A stretch of 64,000 nucleotides of DNA. It comes from Squalus acanthias (Eukaryota). Both the position numbers and the translations under genes were made by a program. Shown piece by piece: positions 22,640-35,318 of the stretch (position 1 is its first letter; each line of letters opens with the position of its first letter). Location of the stretch: positions 3,534,001 to 3,598,000 of the forward strand of contig JASTWF010000034.1 of assembly GCA_030390025.1 (NCBI GenBank), read 5' to 3'. The notes under the pieces are model-generated. The model did no database searches, was not told the origin of the DNA, and saw only the letters and a list, made by a program, of their open reading frames with translations.

Positions 22640-23852
22640 TAACAATCCCAGCACGTAAGTGCGAAAGACAAAGCTGAAGCGTTTTCAACCATCTTCAGCC
22701 AGAAGTGCCGAGTGAATGATCACATCGGCCTACTCCTGAGGTCCCCACCATCACAGCAGCCAGTCTTCAGCCAATTCGATTCACTCCACGTGATATCAAG
22801 AAATGGCTGAGCGCACTGGATACAACAAAGGCTATGGGCCCCGACAACATCTCGGCTGTCATGCTGAAGACTTGTGCTCCAGAATTAGCCGCGCCTCTAG
22901 CCAAGCTGTTTCAGTACAGCTACAACACTGGCATCTATCCGACAATGTGGAAAACTGCTCAGGTATGCCCTGTCCACAAAAAGCAGAACAAATTCAACCC
23001 AGCCAATTACCGCCCCATTAGTCTAATCTCAGTCATCAGCAAAGTGACGGAAGGTGTCATCGACAGTGCTAGCGGCACTTACTCATCAATAACCTGCTCA
23101 CTGATGCCCAGTTTGGGATCCGCCAAGACCACTCTGCTCCCGAGCTCATTACAGCCTTGGTCCAAACATGGACAAAGGAGTTGAATTCCAGAGGTGAGAT
23201 GAGAGTGACTGCCCTTGACACCAATGCAGCATTTGACTGAATGTGGCATCAAGGAGCCCTAGTAAAACTGAAGTCAATGGGAATCGGGGGAATACTCTGC
23301 ACTGGCTGGAGTCATACATAGCAGAAAGGAAGATGACTGTGGTGGCTGAAGGTGAATCATCACACCCCCAGGACATCATTGCAGGAGTTCCTCAGGGCAG
23401 TGTCCTAGGCCCAATCATCTTCAGCTGCTTCATCAATTAATTTCCCTGAACATAAGGTCAGAAATGGGAATGTTCGCTGATGACTGCACAGTGTTCAGTG
23501 CCATTCACAACTCTACAGATAATGTCGCAGTCCATGCCCGCATGCAACAAGACCTGGACGACATTCAGGGCGGGTTTACAAATGGCAGGTAACATTCGCG
23601 CCACAGACCTACCAGGCAATGACTACCTCCAACAAGCGAGAGTCTAACCACAGCCCCTAGACATTCAACGACATTACCATCGCCAAATACTCCACCATCA
23701 ACATATTGTGGGTCACCATTGAACAGAAACTGAACTGGACCAGCCACATAAATAATGTGGCAACAAGAGCAGGCCAGAGGCTAGGTATTCTGTAGCGAGT
23801 GTCTCATCTCCTCACTCCCCAAAGGCTTTCCACCATCTACAAGGCACAAGTA
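22640..23852 (+). mobile_element. CR1-group LINE of a second family ('TCAPELAAPLAKLF' type), RT region, cut off at the provirus junction
   Basis: GPDNISAVMLKTCAPELAAPLAKLFQYSYNTGIYPTMWK...NYRPISL, AGVPQGSVLGPIIF and FADD motifs. Confidence 0.85.
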
Positions 23853-26800
23853 ATAGCGCCCGATTAGAATGAGTGGCCAGGTTATGCCGGAGGTACGAAA
23901 GGCACCTCTGTGCCCTGGATTCAAAGTCACATTCGCAGCCCGGTTACTAGGCCATGGCGGATAATTTCTCCAGAGTGGTCTTTGGAGAATGATGTCCCCC
24001 CACGGTGTGAGCATGTAGTAAATCGAACAATTACTCACCCATAGCCGGGGGGACGCTGGTGACGCAGACATGCGGGGTACTGACGTACATGAGGATGGGT
24101 AGCAGGGTGCCGGTCACATCCTGGTGAACGGAGGTGAGGGGGCCCACGGGGTTGGGCCCAGTAAGGGCTGGCCCTGCGGGTGCCATGCGATATCGACCGA
24201 GTATGGGTCGTACATGGCTTGCAAGGAGGCTGGATCGTTGGCCAGGCTTACAGCTGATATGGGTAGCGGGTCAGGTTCCTGGGGTTTATCCCACAAACGG
24301 GCGTCTATGCCGGCCTGCTTTGCTGCCTAGCCCGAGCTAGTGTTTCCGTGGAGCGGGAATGTGCCCTAACCTTGCCCACATAGACAGGAGCCGTATGTCC
24401 CCGCAACACCGCGTCCAGAGCCCGAAAAAGGACCGCGTGTAGCAAGAGTTCACCGTCGGTCGTGCAAAAGTTATTCCGGGCAAACAGGGGTAAGGAGAGC
24501 AGGGTGTTGTTAGCATAGGCACTGTCAGACCAAATTTTTGTACTTTGAGAACTGGTAATCTGAATGGCAGTGACGAGGGCAGCCACCCCAGCGTACTGTG
24601 CCGAATGAGGCCTACATTTGTACTGAATGACCTCATTCAGCAAGATAATGGCGAACCCGGTGCATGGTTTACCATCCTTTTAAATGACGATGCCTCGATA
24701 AAGTCAGCCGTTGCCTCCTGAATCAGCTCTGCCTGGTCCGAAGGGGAGCGGAAGTCCAGCGGAGGAAGGGACATTCCTGTGGAGGTCCGTCGTACAGGAG
24801 ACGCTGAGGCAGTAAGGAAGTTGGTTTGGGAGTGACCTCCAGGTCGCGCTGAGTCAGTTCCAATGTCCAATGGCTCAGCCGGGCTGATGACAACAGCGTG
24901 TCTCCGGGCCGGAGCAACAGGTTCAGAGGTGAGTGTGGACTCTGCAATTTCACCCGTTTGAACCACATGATGTGGGTGAAGTGTTTGACGGCCCAGAACG
25001 TGGACAACAAGTGTCTTTTGCAAGTGGAGTAAGTCAGTTCGGAGCCCCTTAAGATTCTGGAGGCCGATGCAATAGGTAGTAGTCCGCCCTAGTTATCTTG
25101 GCATCAGCCGGCGGTGGGCTTTTCTCCGTGACTCCGACCTCCATGTGGAAGGGTTTGGTGGGATTGGGTGAAACCAGACATGTGGCCTGTGCGACGGCTT
25201 GCTTCAACGGCGCCACTGCGTCCATGCAGCCATCGTTCAAGCTGGGTTCGACATGATGTTCATCTCCTTTATGTTGTTCGTAAAGTGGTGTAGCAGTCTC
25301 TGGAACCGTGGAATGAAGGTCCGCTGATATCCCACTAGCCCAAGGAAGGAGCACAGTGTAGTCTTTGAGGTGGGCAGGGATAGACGCTGGATAGTTTCGA
25401 CCTTGTGCTGGTCCGGGCGGATGCAGGATGCTCCGATTCGGACACCTGAAAAGTTAACACAGTCCTACGCCAATTGGGTGAACTTTTAGTCCGGCTCCCT
25501 TCAGTAGTCGCAATAGTTTTTGTCGGAGGGTTAGGTGCTGGGCGCGGTCTGTGGTAGCAAGCAGGATATCATCAACATGTTGAAGCAATCGGGAAGGTTG
25601 TGAAAAGCTCTTCAGAACCCTGGCCATAAGTTTGTGGAATATAGTGGGGGCATCATGGAACCCCTGCAGCAAGCACGTCCAGGTGCAACCCTGATCTTCG
25701 AAGGTAAATGCGAATTTAAATTGATCTCCCTGTCTTAATGGGATACACCAAAAGCCATTAGAAATATCCAGGGTTGAGAAGACAGTCCTTCCGCTGGGAA
25801 GCTGAGAGAGCAGGGTGGGTGTCTCCCGAACCACGCGGGGGTGACTGAATTAGGTTTGCGGTAATCGATAGTTCGTCGCCAGCTGTCGTCTGGTTTCCTA
25901 ACTGGCCAAACTGGGGAGTTAGTTGTTAATGTGCCTTGGCGAACAGCAGCCTGCTTTAACAAAGACTCGATGGTGGCTGGAATATACGGTACGCTCTCGG
26001 CTGGATACGAGTGTTGTTTTACAGGAGCATGTACCGGGCCGTTGATCTCCTCGGGCTCAGTCATGCTTCCGCAATCATGTTTATGTGTTGTAAATGCGCC
26101 CGGGACAGACTCTCGGACCGCCTGTACCTCCGGGTGATCAGAGTTGGCTGGCTCATACTCCTCTGTCTTTTTTTAATCGCGAATACCGAGTGCGCGCTAG
26201 ATGTGTCCTTTTTTAATGTTCCACCAGATACAATTGTTGTCATAATCAATCACCACTCGGTGTCTTTTTATCACATGGCTACCCAACAATCTCTGCCCAT
26301 TGTGCATAGACATAGAGATGGGAGACAGGAGAGTGACCTGAACCCCGTCCACATCTAATACCAAAGGAAGGGACCTCTGTTTGGTCCTCTGTGTCGAATT
26401 GTCGAAGCCCGATAAAACGTGGCACGCCCGTTGTAGGATCAGGGTGGGGTGTCATGAATGATGGTGATTGATGGACCGGTGTTGACCAACATCAATAGTT
26501 GACGGCCTCCGGAGTCAACAGTGCGGACTACCGGTCTCCCACCACCATTGTATCGGAGAGGGGAAGTTACCTCTGCGGGAGTCACAGGGGAGGTAAAAAT
26601 GACGCCGTTGACTCGGGTTGTTGATGCACCACAGCGACCGGTCGGGCTCCCTGTCCGATGGTCAAAGACCGGAATGCTGCCTCCATCCTTTCTAGTCGTT
26701 GTTCGAGTGAGTCGGGGCCTGCCTGTCTCGGGGGGGTTGTGACCGTTGTTGCATTGACCGGTATAGTGGCCTAGACGATGGCAGAGATAGCAGCGACCGA

Positions 26801-28385
26801 AGCACTTTCCCTGGAGTTCAAGATGGCCCTGAACTTTGGTTAGGCAGCGGGCCCTCAACGGCCGCCACTGCAGCCTTGGCAGGTGTCCTAGGGATATTGA
26901 CACGGGTTTGATCCCAAGCGGTCCTGGCATGGGTGCGTAATTGTTCCCACGGGTGTCTTTGGAGAAGTAAACGCCCAGGTCGTTACGGACCAATGGTTGG
27001 AGGCCGTTCAAAAAGTGGGTTTTGAGTCCCGGGTTACTGAAGTAATTCCCTCCACCGCCCCTGGTGCGTTGGAAGAAGTCATGGAGTTTATGGTCAAAAG
27101 TCATTTGGGCTTCCGGTTGGGCCCTGTTTGGTGTTATCTAGGACCTGGTGAAAATCAATGCCCTCCTGCCCTAGTGTTTGGCCTAGTTCTAATTAAATCT
27201 CATATATTGTGACCCCCTCAGCATGTCCAGGTCCATTTCTTGTTTTAATCCTGAGGAACATGCATCCAGGAGGACCTGTGTGAAGTCGTTCCCTTCTAGT
27301 TCTGGGCGGGTGTTTATAAAAATCCTCCACCGCTGCCTGAGGTTGAGGGGGCTGGTGTCCATATTCCCCGCCGCCAGGTTAGCCTTTAGTGAGCCTACTT
27401 CAACCGGGGAAAGGGAGCAATGCGTGGTTGTGGTAGTGTTTTTTGCTTCTCTACTAGTGGGGGTCGAGGGTGCTGCCTTGCCATTGGGGTCTTGGCCAGC
27501 CTGGCGCTTGGGCTCGCGTGCTGCTGCAGCTCGGGTGACCACATACACTGGTACCGTCTCCCCCGCCTCACCTTCCTTTTTGGGGTGTGACGGATCAGAG
27601 GGAACAGAGGGAGTAGGTTCCCCAACGATGTTGTCCCAGCAAAGGCCGGGATCTCTTGCTTTGATTTTGGAGACAGCAGCCACCACTGTCCGTTGTTTGC
27701 CGATTTGTGCCTGAAGCTGTTGGATTTTCTCTAAGCCCGGGATGTGGTCTGCTTCGGGGGAGGCAGTGGTTTGGCGCCGGTTTAATTCCCTTAACGCTCC
27801 CCTTGCATCCTCTAACTCCTCACACAATCTGGTGTTTCCTGCCTGGAGTTCAATATTCTGTTCGAGTATTTGATTTAGTTTCTTTTGTGTATACTTCATT
27901 TTTTCATGTGTCTTTTGCTCCCCGCGCAACTGGTTGCGGAGGGCAGAAAGGTTCTCTCACCATTCACTTCTTTCTTCGCGCTTCTGGCTTAATAATCTTT
28001 GAAATCTTTAGTCTCCCTATTTAACTGGGCAGCACACAACTGTGCCGCGTGAGCTGACCTGTCTCGGCCTCTCTTTATTTTAAGTTTGATTTTCTGAACA
28101 TCCTCAGCGAGCTTATCAATGATGTAGTCATATTTGCCGTTACCATCTTCTGAGATTTTTAGGAGTTCCTCTGCTCTGGACGTGCTGACTTTTTCTGTCA
28201 GGCTGTCTACTAGCTGTTCTCGATGGTATGCCAACGCCATTGTAACTCTGCGTTTACCTTTACCCCACTCTCCCCCTCTCCTTTCTTTCACGGTGTCTTC
28301 TACTTGGTCACAATTGACGATCACGCACGGTCGACCAAGTCCCTCCGGTTCCCACAACTTGAATCTTCCAACTTCCAACTGTGTG

Positions 28386-28403
28386 ATTCCACTTGCGACA
28401 CCA
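28386..28403 (-). promoter_or_regulatory. Primer-binding site, tRNA-Leu(CAA)-like
   Basis: TGGTGTCGCAAGTGGAAT versus the canonical tRNA-Leu PBS TGGTGTCAGAAGTGGGAT (15/18 match), directly after the LTR end CTTACA-G. Confidence 0.75.
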
Positions 28404-28404
28404 C

Positions 28405-29227
28405 TGTAAGATTTGGATCACAGGTCACACACAGATTACCCAGAGGGACTTAGAAGTTGTATGGCTTTTTATTAGAAAGCTACAGTTTAAGCATAATCAG
28501 ACACTACATGTGATTGCAATAGATACAGTAGACATACAACCCGTGACGGATGAGAGCAATCTACGGCCCTGCGACAGAACGAAACAACCGGACGGAAGGA
28601 CGTCGGATGGACGGACGGACGTCGATGAATGTTGACGGATTTCTCTGTCTGCAACAATGGTCACTTCTGTTGGGTGTCTCCTCGAGCAGTTGGAGGTGTT
28701 AGGCTGTCAGCCAACATGGATACACCTCAGAGGTCGAGCCTAGTCAGAGTGTTAAGCCGAAGTTAGCATTTCATCCACTCCGAGGAAGCACTTCCCCGAA
28801 CAGCTAACTTCTCTCTCTCTGTTGCCCATTTTTATATCTTATTTCGGTGGGCTGGGATCACAGATGTCTTTCATTTTTCATCCGCCTCATTACTTTTATT
28901 ACCAGAGCAAAGTTACCCCTCCTGACCATCTTATTTCCTGACCCGGAGCTCAGTTCGTTCTTATCTTCGTGTTAATAATTTTATTAGGGTTAAGAATGTT
29001 CTGCTCATTCGGCTGGCTGGTTCCGTGTCTCCCTTATCAGTCTCGCTATGTCTGTTTGGGAGGCCTGCTTGTACTTGTGTTGACTGAAGGCATCTCTCTG
29101 TTCTTATCTGATGTGATTGGAATTTTTTCTGGTTGATCAGTCAGCCTCACTAGTTGGGTTAGCAGATCTATTTCCTACGGAATCATTAATCACCTTATAA
29201 TCTTTCTAGAATTGAATGTTTCTTACA
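28405..29227 (-). repeat. 5' LTR (823 bp) of the provirus
   Basis: Terminal inverted repeat TGTAAGA...TCTTACA. On the minus strand, TATAAAA lies at ~28830 and AATAAA at 28468-28473. The PBS follows 1 nt after the LTR end. Confidence 0.8.
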
Positions 29228-29229
29228 TA

Positions 29230-29630
29230 TGTATCTGTCTGTTTCTCTTTTACTCTGTATCTCCGTCTGTCTCTCTGTTGTCTCCGTTGTCTTTCAATCT
29301 CTCTCTGCAAGGCTTTCTCTCTTTGGCTCTGCCTCTCTCTGTCTCTGCGTTTGTCTGTCTCTATATGTCTCTCTCTATCCGTCTGTCTCTGTCCCTATGC
29401 CTCCGTGTCTGACTCTGCATGACTGTCTCTCTCGTCGCTCGATCTGCCCGTCTGTATCTGTCTCTACTTCTGTCTCTGCCTGTCTGTCTGTCACTGTCTG
29501 TTTCTCTGTCTGTCTGTGTCTCGGTCTGTCTGTCTCTGCCTGCCTGTCGCTGTTTTTCTCTTTTGTCTCTGTCTGTATGTCTGTCACTGTCACTGTCTTT
29601 CTCTGTCTGTCTGTCAGTCTATGTTTCTCT
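29230..29630. repeat. Degenerate (CT)/(TCTG)n low-complexity tract
   Basis: Pyrimidine-rich simple repeat. A GA-rich counterpart lies at ~54395-54630. Confidence 0.9.
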
Positions 29631-30129
29631 GCGATGTGGGACTAAGCACAACTGTCCTTCCAAAGAGCCGGCACAGGCACTACGAGCCGAATGGCCTCCT
29701 TCTGTGCTGTAAGTTTCTCTGAATCTATTCTAGGAATCCAATAGTTATGAACACATCTATTAAATAATCCAATAACCTTCTCTGCTCTAAAGAGAACAAT
29801 CCCAGCTTCCCCAGTCTCTCCACATAACTGCAGTCCCTCATCCCTGGTGCCCTGCTGCTCAAAGAGCAGTGTGAAAGGGCAGCTTATAACTGGGAGAGTG
29901 AAGTTTGAATCCTCATTTTAAAGTCATCCGTTCTCTTCTTTACCCATTTAACTGGTCATTGTCTCGTTACCTTGAACATGGCCATACAAAGAGGAAAAAA
30001 CACTGGAAGAAATATACTGAAATGAGATGATATCGATCGAGAGGCACTTGCTGCTTTAAATGCTGGATATGATGTGTAAATGTGGCTGCTTTCGATTACA
30101 AGAATGCTAATTTAAATAGGTCATTTCAA

Positions 30130-30710
30130 TAGAGCAGGGAGGTTATGCTTGAACTGAACAAAACACTAGTTAGGCCACAGCTAGAGTACTGTGTACAGTT
30201 CTTGTTACATTACACAAAAGATGTAAGAGTACAGAGGAGATTTACGTGGTTGTTGCCAGGACTGGAGAAGTTTAGCTGTGAGGAAAGATTGGATAAGCTG
30301 GGGTTGTTTTCTTTGGAACAGTGGAGGCTGAGGGGATATTTAATTGAGGTGTAAAAAATTATGAGGGGTCGAGATAGAGTGGATAGGGAGGACCAATTTT
30401 ACTCAGCAGAGAGGTCACTAACCAGGGGGCATAGATTTAAAGTAATTGGTAGAAGGATTAGAGGGGAATTGAGGACAAATTTTTTCACCCAGAGGGTGGT
30501 GAAGGTCTGGAACTCACTGCCTGAAAGGATGGTAGAGGCAGAAACTCTCTTCGCGTTTAAAACGTACTTGAATGTGCATTTGAAGTGCCCTAACCTACAT
30601 GACTGGGGACCAAGAGCTGGAAAGTGGGAGCAGGCTAGAAAGCTCTTTTTAGACTGGCACAGACACGATGGGCAAAATGGCCACCTTCTGTGCCATTAAT
30701 TTATATTATT
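30130..30710 (+). mobile_element. CR1 3' fragment
   Basis: [12 protein letters not shown]...FFTQRVVKVWNSLP. Confidence 0.85.
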
Positions 30711-30856
30711 CTTTGATAAATTATTCATCCACACTTTAAAGTTATATTGTTTACTGGAATTTTAGATATGCCATTTTAATTTAGAGATAAGTTGCATTAA
30801 TTACACACACACACACGTTTCCACTAAGAATGTTAGCTTATAAATACAATACTTTT

Positions 30857-31597
30857 GATTTTTTTTATTCGTTTAGGGATCGAGGCATCGCTGGGAAGGA
30901 CAGTTTTTATTGCGCATCTCTAATTGCCCTTGAGAAGGTGGTGGTGAGACGCCTTCTTGAACTGCTGCAGTCCGTGTAGTGAAGGTACTCCCACAGTGCT
31001 GTTAGGTAGGGGTTTCCAGGATTTTGACCCAGCGACTATGAAGGATCGGCGATATACTTCTAAGTCAGGATGGTGTGTGACTTGGAGGGGAACTTGGAGG
31101 TGGTGGTGTTCCCATGCGCCTGCTGCCCTTGTCTTTCTAGGTGGAAGAGGTCACGGGTTTGGGAGGTGCTGCTGAAGAAGCCTTGGCGAGTTGCTGCAGA
31201 GCATCTTGTAGATGGTACGCACTGCAGCCCCAGTACGCCGGTGGTGGAGGGAGTGAATGTTTAAGGAGGTGGATGGGGTGCCAATGAAGCGAGCTGCTTT
31301 GTCTTGGATGGTGTCGAGCTTCTTGAGTGTTGTTGGAGCAGCACTCATCCAAGCAAGTGAAGAGTATTCCATCACACTCTTTACTTGTGCCTTGTAGATG
31401 GTGGAAAGTCTTTGGGGAGTCAGGAGGTGAGACACTCGCCGCAGAATACCTAGCCTCGGACCTGCTCTTGTTGCCACAGTATTTATGGTGGCTGGTTCAG
31501 TTAGGTTTCTGGTCAATGGTGACCCCCCAGGATGTTGATGGTGGGGGATTCGGCGGTGGTAATGCCGTTGAATGTCAAGGAGCTGTGGTTAGACTAT
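30857..31597 (-). mobile_element. 3' end of the second CR1-group LINE family, with poly(A)
   Basis: TIYKAQVKSVMEYSSLAWMSAA...SLHHRRT. A T-run at ~30857-30868 marks the tail. Confidence 0.85.
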
Positions 31598-31749
31598 AGA
31601 TATGCTATGTTGAGAGATCAGTATCTCTGGTTACATTGTACACAGGCAGCTCTAGATTGTATATACGTTGCTTGGATTTATATTTCTAATGTTGTGAGTT
31701 ATAGATAGGCCATTTTATTCATATTAATGTTTGAAATTTTATAAATGCA

Positions 31750-34530
31750 GCATCGATTTGGTTAGAATTGAGGAGCAAAAAGGGTATGATCACGCTATTG
31801 GGGGTATGCTAGAGTGAGAGGGAGGTAGAGGAGCTAATCTGCAGGGAAATCACAGAGATATGTAAGAGCTATAGAATGGAGATATTGGGGGACTGTACCC
31901 AAATATCAATAGGAATAATGCTAGGGTAAAGGGAAAGGAGGGGGTGGAATTTCTGAAATCTGTTCAGGAGAATTTCCTTGACCAATATGTTCTCGGCCCA
32001 ACTAGGAATGAGGCATTGCTGGATCTGGAGCTGGGGAATGAGCGGCCAGGTCGACCAGTTGTCTATGGGAGAAGACTTGGGTACGAGTGATCATCGTATC
32101 ATAAGATTTAGATTAGCAATGGAGAGGAGCAAGGGACAATCTGGAGTGGAACTTTTAAACTGGAATAGGGCTAACTTCAATGGGATGCGAAAGGATCTAG
32201 CCAGGGTAAAATGGAACCAAGGACTGACAGGAAAAACTGCAATGGAACAATGGGTGATCTTTAAGGAGGAGATGTTCCAAGTACAGGCTGGGTACATTCC
32301 AACAAGAGGGAAGGGTATGGAAACCAAAGCAAGGGCGCCTTGGATGACGACGGAGAATGAAGCCATGATGTGGAGATGCCGTTGTTGGACTGGGGTCGAC
32401 AAATGTGAGAAGTCGCACAACACCAGGTTATAGTCCTGACGAAGTAGCAGCGCTCCGAAAGCTTGTGATTTCAAATAAAACTGTTGGACTATAACCTGGT
32501 GTTGTGCGACTTCTCACATTTGACGGAGATAGAGAAGATGATAGAAAAAAAAGAGTATGTATGATGCATGTCAGGTGAATTCTTCAAGGCAGAATCAAAT
32601 CAAATACAATATGTTGGGAGAGGATGTGAAGATGAAAATAAGATTGGAAAAGAGAGAATATGAGAGTAGAAGGGCGGTTAGCATAAAAGGGTACCCAATT
32701 TTTTTTTACCGGCATGTAAACAGTAAGCAGGTAGTAAGAGGCGAGCCGAGGTGGGACCTGTTAGAGACAAAGAAGGTGATATATGCTTAGAGGTGCAGGA
32801 CAAGGCGAGAATACTCAATGAGTACTTTGGATCGGTGTTTATTAAGGAGGTAGATGCTGACAAAATATCGGTAGAAGTGGAAAAGGTAGAAGCAATGGAA
32901 GGGGTGAACATTAATAGACAGGACGTACTAGAAAGTCTGGGTATGCTTAGAGTGGACAAGTCGCCTGGTCCAGATGGTTTGCATCCCAGTTTGCTAAGGG
33001 AATTGGGGGAAGAGATAGTGGAAGGGCTTGCCATAATTTTCCAATTTTCCCTAGATGTGGGGGAGGTGCCTGTGGATTGGAAAGTGGCAAATGTGACACC
33101 GTTGTTTAAAAAAGGGTATAAGGACCATCCCAGTATCTACAGGCCAGTCAGTTTAACGTCAGTGCTCGTTAAGGTTTTAGAAACAATAATCAACGAAAAA
33201 AATAACGGACACTTGGAAAGGTTTAAGCTAATTAAGGAGAGACAATACGAATTTGTAAAAGGCAGATCGTGTTTGACTAAACTAATTGAATTTTTTTTGA
33301 AGCAACAGAGAGGATTGATATAGGGAATGTAATGGATGTTGTCTAAATAGATTTTCAGAAGGCGTTTGACAATGTATCACATAGAAGGCTAGTTAACAAA
33401 TTGAGACTCGTGGAATAGGTGGGTCAGTGGCAGCTTGGATAATGAATTGGCTTAAGGAGAGAAAACAGCGAGTTCTGGAAATTGGCTGTTTTTCAGACTG
33501 GAGGATGGTAGACAGTAGTGTTCCCCAAGCGTCAGTGCTGGGGCCACTGCTTTTTTGACATATATAAATGAGCTGGATATTGGAATACAGAATAGAATTT
33601 CTAAATGTGCCGATGACACCAAACTTGGGGTTGTGGTAAACAGTGGTAATAATACCAATCGACTGCAACAGGACTTAAAAAGGCTAGCAGAATGGGCAGA
33701 CAAGTGACAGATGGAATTTAATACAGAGAAGTGTGAGGTTATGCATTTTGGCAGAAGGAAAAGGGAGCGGCAATATACACTTAATGGTACAGTTTTAAAG
33801 AGTGTGCAGCGACAGAGGGAACTGGGAATTAATGTGCAAAGGTCCCTGAAGGTGGCGGGACATATTGAGAGAGTGGTAAACAAAGCATATGCGATCTTGG
33901 GCTTCATACATGGAGGTATTGAGTACAAACGTAGAGAAGTTATGCTGAAACTTTATAAAGCGCTGGTTAGGCCAGAAATGGAGTATTGCATCCAGAAGTG
34001 TTCAGCACACTTTAGGAAGGATGTGAAGGCCCTTGAGAGGTTGGAGAGGAGATTTACCGCAATGGTTCCAGGGATGGGGGATCTTAGCTATAAGGACAGG
34101 TTGGAGAATCTGGATTTCTTTTCATTAGAGCGAAGGAGGTTGAGGGGTGATTTGATAGATGTGTACAAGATTATGATGGGTTTGGATAGGCTAGACGGCG
34201 AAAGGTTGTTCCCACTAGTTGATGGTACAAGGACTAATCGACACAGATTTAAGGTTTTGGGCAAGAGATCAGGGGGGTTATGAGGAAAAACTTTTTTTAC
34301 GCAGCGAGTGGTGAGGACCTGGAACTAGCTGCCCTCGGACGTGGTTTAAGCGGAGACACTCAATGTTTTCAAGGGGAGACTGGATAGGCATTTGAGTGAA
34401 ATAAACTTGCAGGACTATGGGGATAGAGCGGGGGAATGGAACTGACTGGATTGCTCTAGAGAGAGCTGGCAAGGACTCGATTGGCCGAATGGCCTCCTTC
34501 TGTGCCGTTATGACTCTATGACTCTATGAA
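31750..34530 (+). mobile_element. Near-complete decayed CR1 ORF2 (endonuclease C-terminal half, RT, 3'UTR)
   Basis: LGTSDHRIIRF (APE SDH motif), [23 protein letters not shown] and LVRPEMEYC motifs, with an (ATGACTCT)n tail at ~34510-34530. Confidence 0.9.
32357..32521. mobile_element. Short Penelope-like insertion with a 37-bp perfect inverted repeat and a hammerhead-like core
   Basis: Arms 32400-32436 and 32486-32522 are exact reverse complements. The loop contains CTGACGA...CGAAA and AATAAA. The insert is flanked by GACGGAGA direct repeats (32349-32356 and 32522-32529). Confidence 0.75.
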
Positions 34531-35318
34531 GTAACATATAAAGATTAAATGATATGCTGTTTGTATTTAATTGAAAATCTCCCATATTGATATAAGCCAG
34601 GGGGTCTCCACCGGGTCTACGCGGCCCCTAAAGATCTTCCAGAGGGCTTTAGTGGGTCTCCTCCACCCCGGGAGACGGACCAGATTCAGCAGGGGGCTTT
34701 GGTTGGAGCCACCTCACTGTTGAGGCCTGCAGCTGGTGCCCTGCGGGAAGGTGGGCGGATGAGCCTGGGCTGCCCGGGCCTTCGGTGTTGGGAGAGGCGG
34801 TGCTGACTGTGGGCGCTCTGCCAACCAATCGAGAGTGGCAGGTAGAGGAGGAGGAGGATGGGCCGGAGCTTCTGCGGGAAAGCTAAGACTTGAGGCCAGT
34901 CACTTTCTGCCAAGCCAGCTCGGAACCTCGGACACTGCTTTAAATCAACGTGGCGGTGGGTGGGTCTGAGGGGAAAAACCCACAAAATTACCCCGTAGGA
35001 GCTGCGGCGAATGTGCAGATGAACGACGTGATTATGGTGGGCAACTCATCGCCGTTTGCCAACCCTTTTCAGTCGGAGATCACTTTCGCCGATGCCGGAG
35101 ATCTGTCGGAGGGCGAGTGAGGCCTAGGGTCTGGACACCAGGGCCTCATTCCAGGCCTCGGAAAATGGTTGAAAATTTATCCCTGTTTGTGTCGAGGGGC
35201 CGAACCCTGGTGAACTTCGACAGATGCTCAAGGAAACCATATGAGATGAGCCCCATCCCCACACCTCACACACTTTCAACACCCCACAAACCTCCCACAC
35301 CATTTCCCTCCCCACACC

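Larger units (their letters stand above)
23853..29227 (-). mobile_element. Decayed, 3'-truncated endogenous retrovirus-like provirus (5'LTR-PBS-gag-PR-RT-tether-RNase H-start of IN), spuma/lokiretrovirus-like
   Basis: Coiled-coil gag fragments (27989-28378, 27189-27929), zinc knuckle CYLCHRLGHYTGQC, protease LVNTGPSITII, RT NSPVWPVRKPDDSWRRTIDYRK / STLDISNGFWCIPL...QGFHDAPTIF...QHVDDILL, tether (PTKPFHMEV...SSARLSHWTLEL), RNase H (SAQYAG...IWSDSAY...KVRAHS) and IN zinc finger LHAHTVGGH...A**P...CLSY. Many frameshifts and stops. Confidence 0.88.

Noticed and set aside
22510..23852. env gene or 3' LTR of the provirus
   Set aside because: The sequence beyond the integrase start is an unrelated LINE, and no second LTR copy was seen in the window.
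29212..29722. Ser/Leu/Cys/Val-rich ORFs
   Set aside because: These are translations of a CT/TCTG simple repeat.
34590..35318. GC-rich stretch, possibly a DNA-transposon remnant or promoter
   Set aside because: I could not identify terminal repeats, a coding signature or clear motifs, so it is left unannotated.
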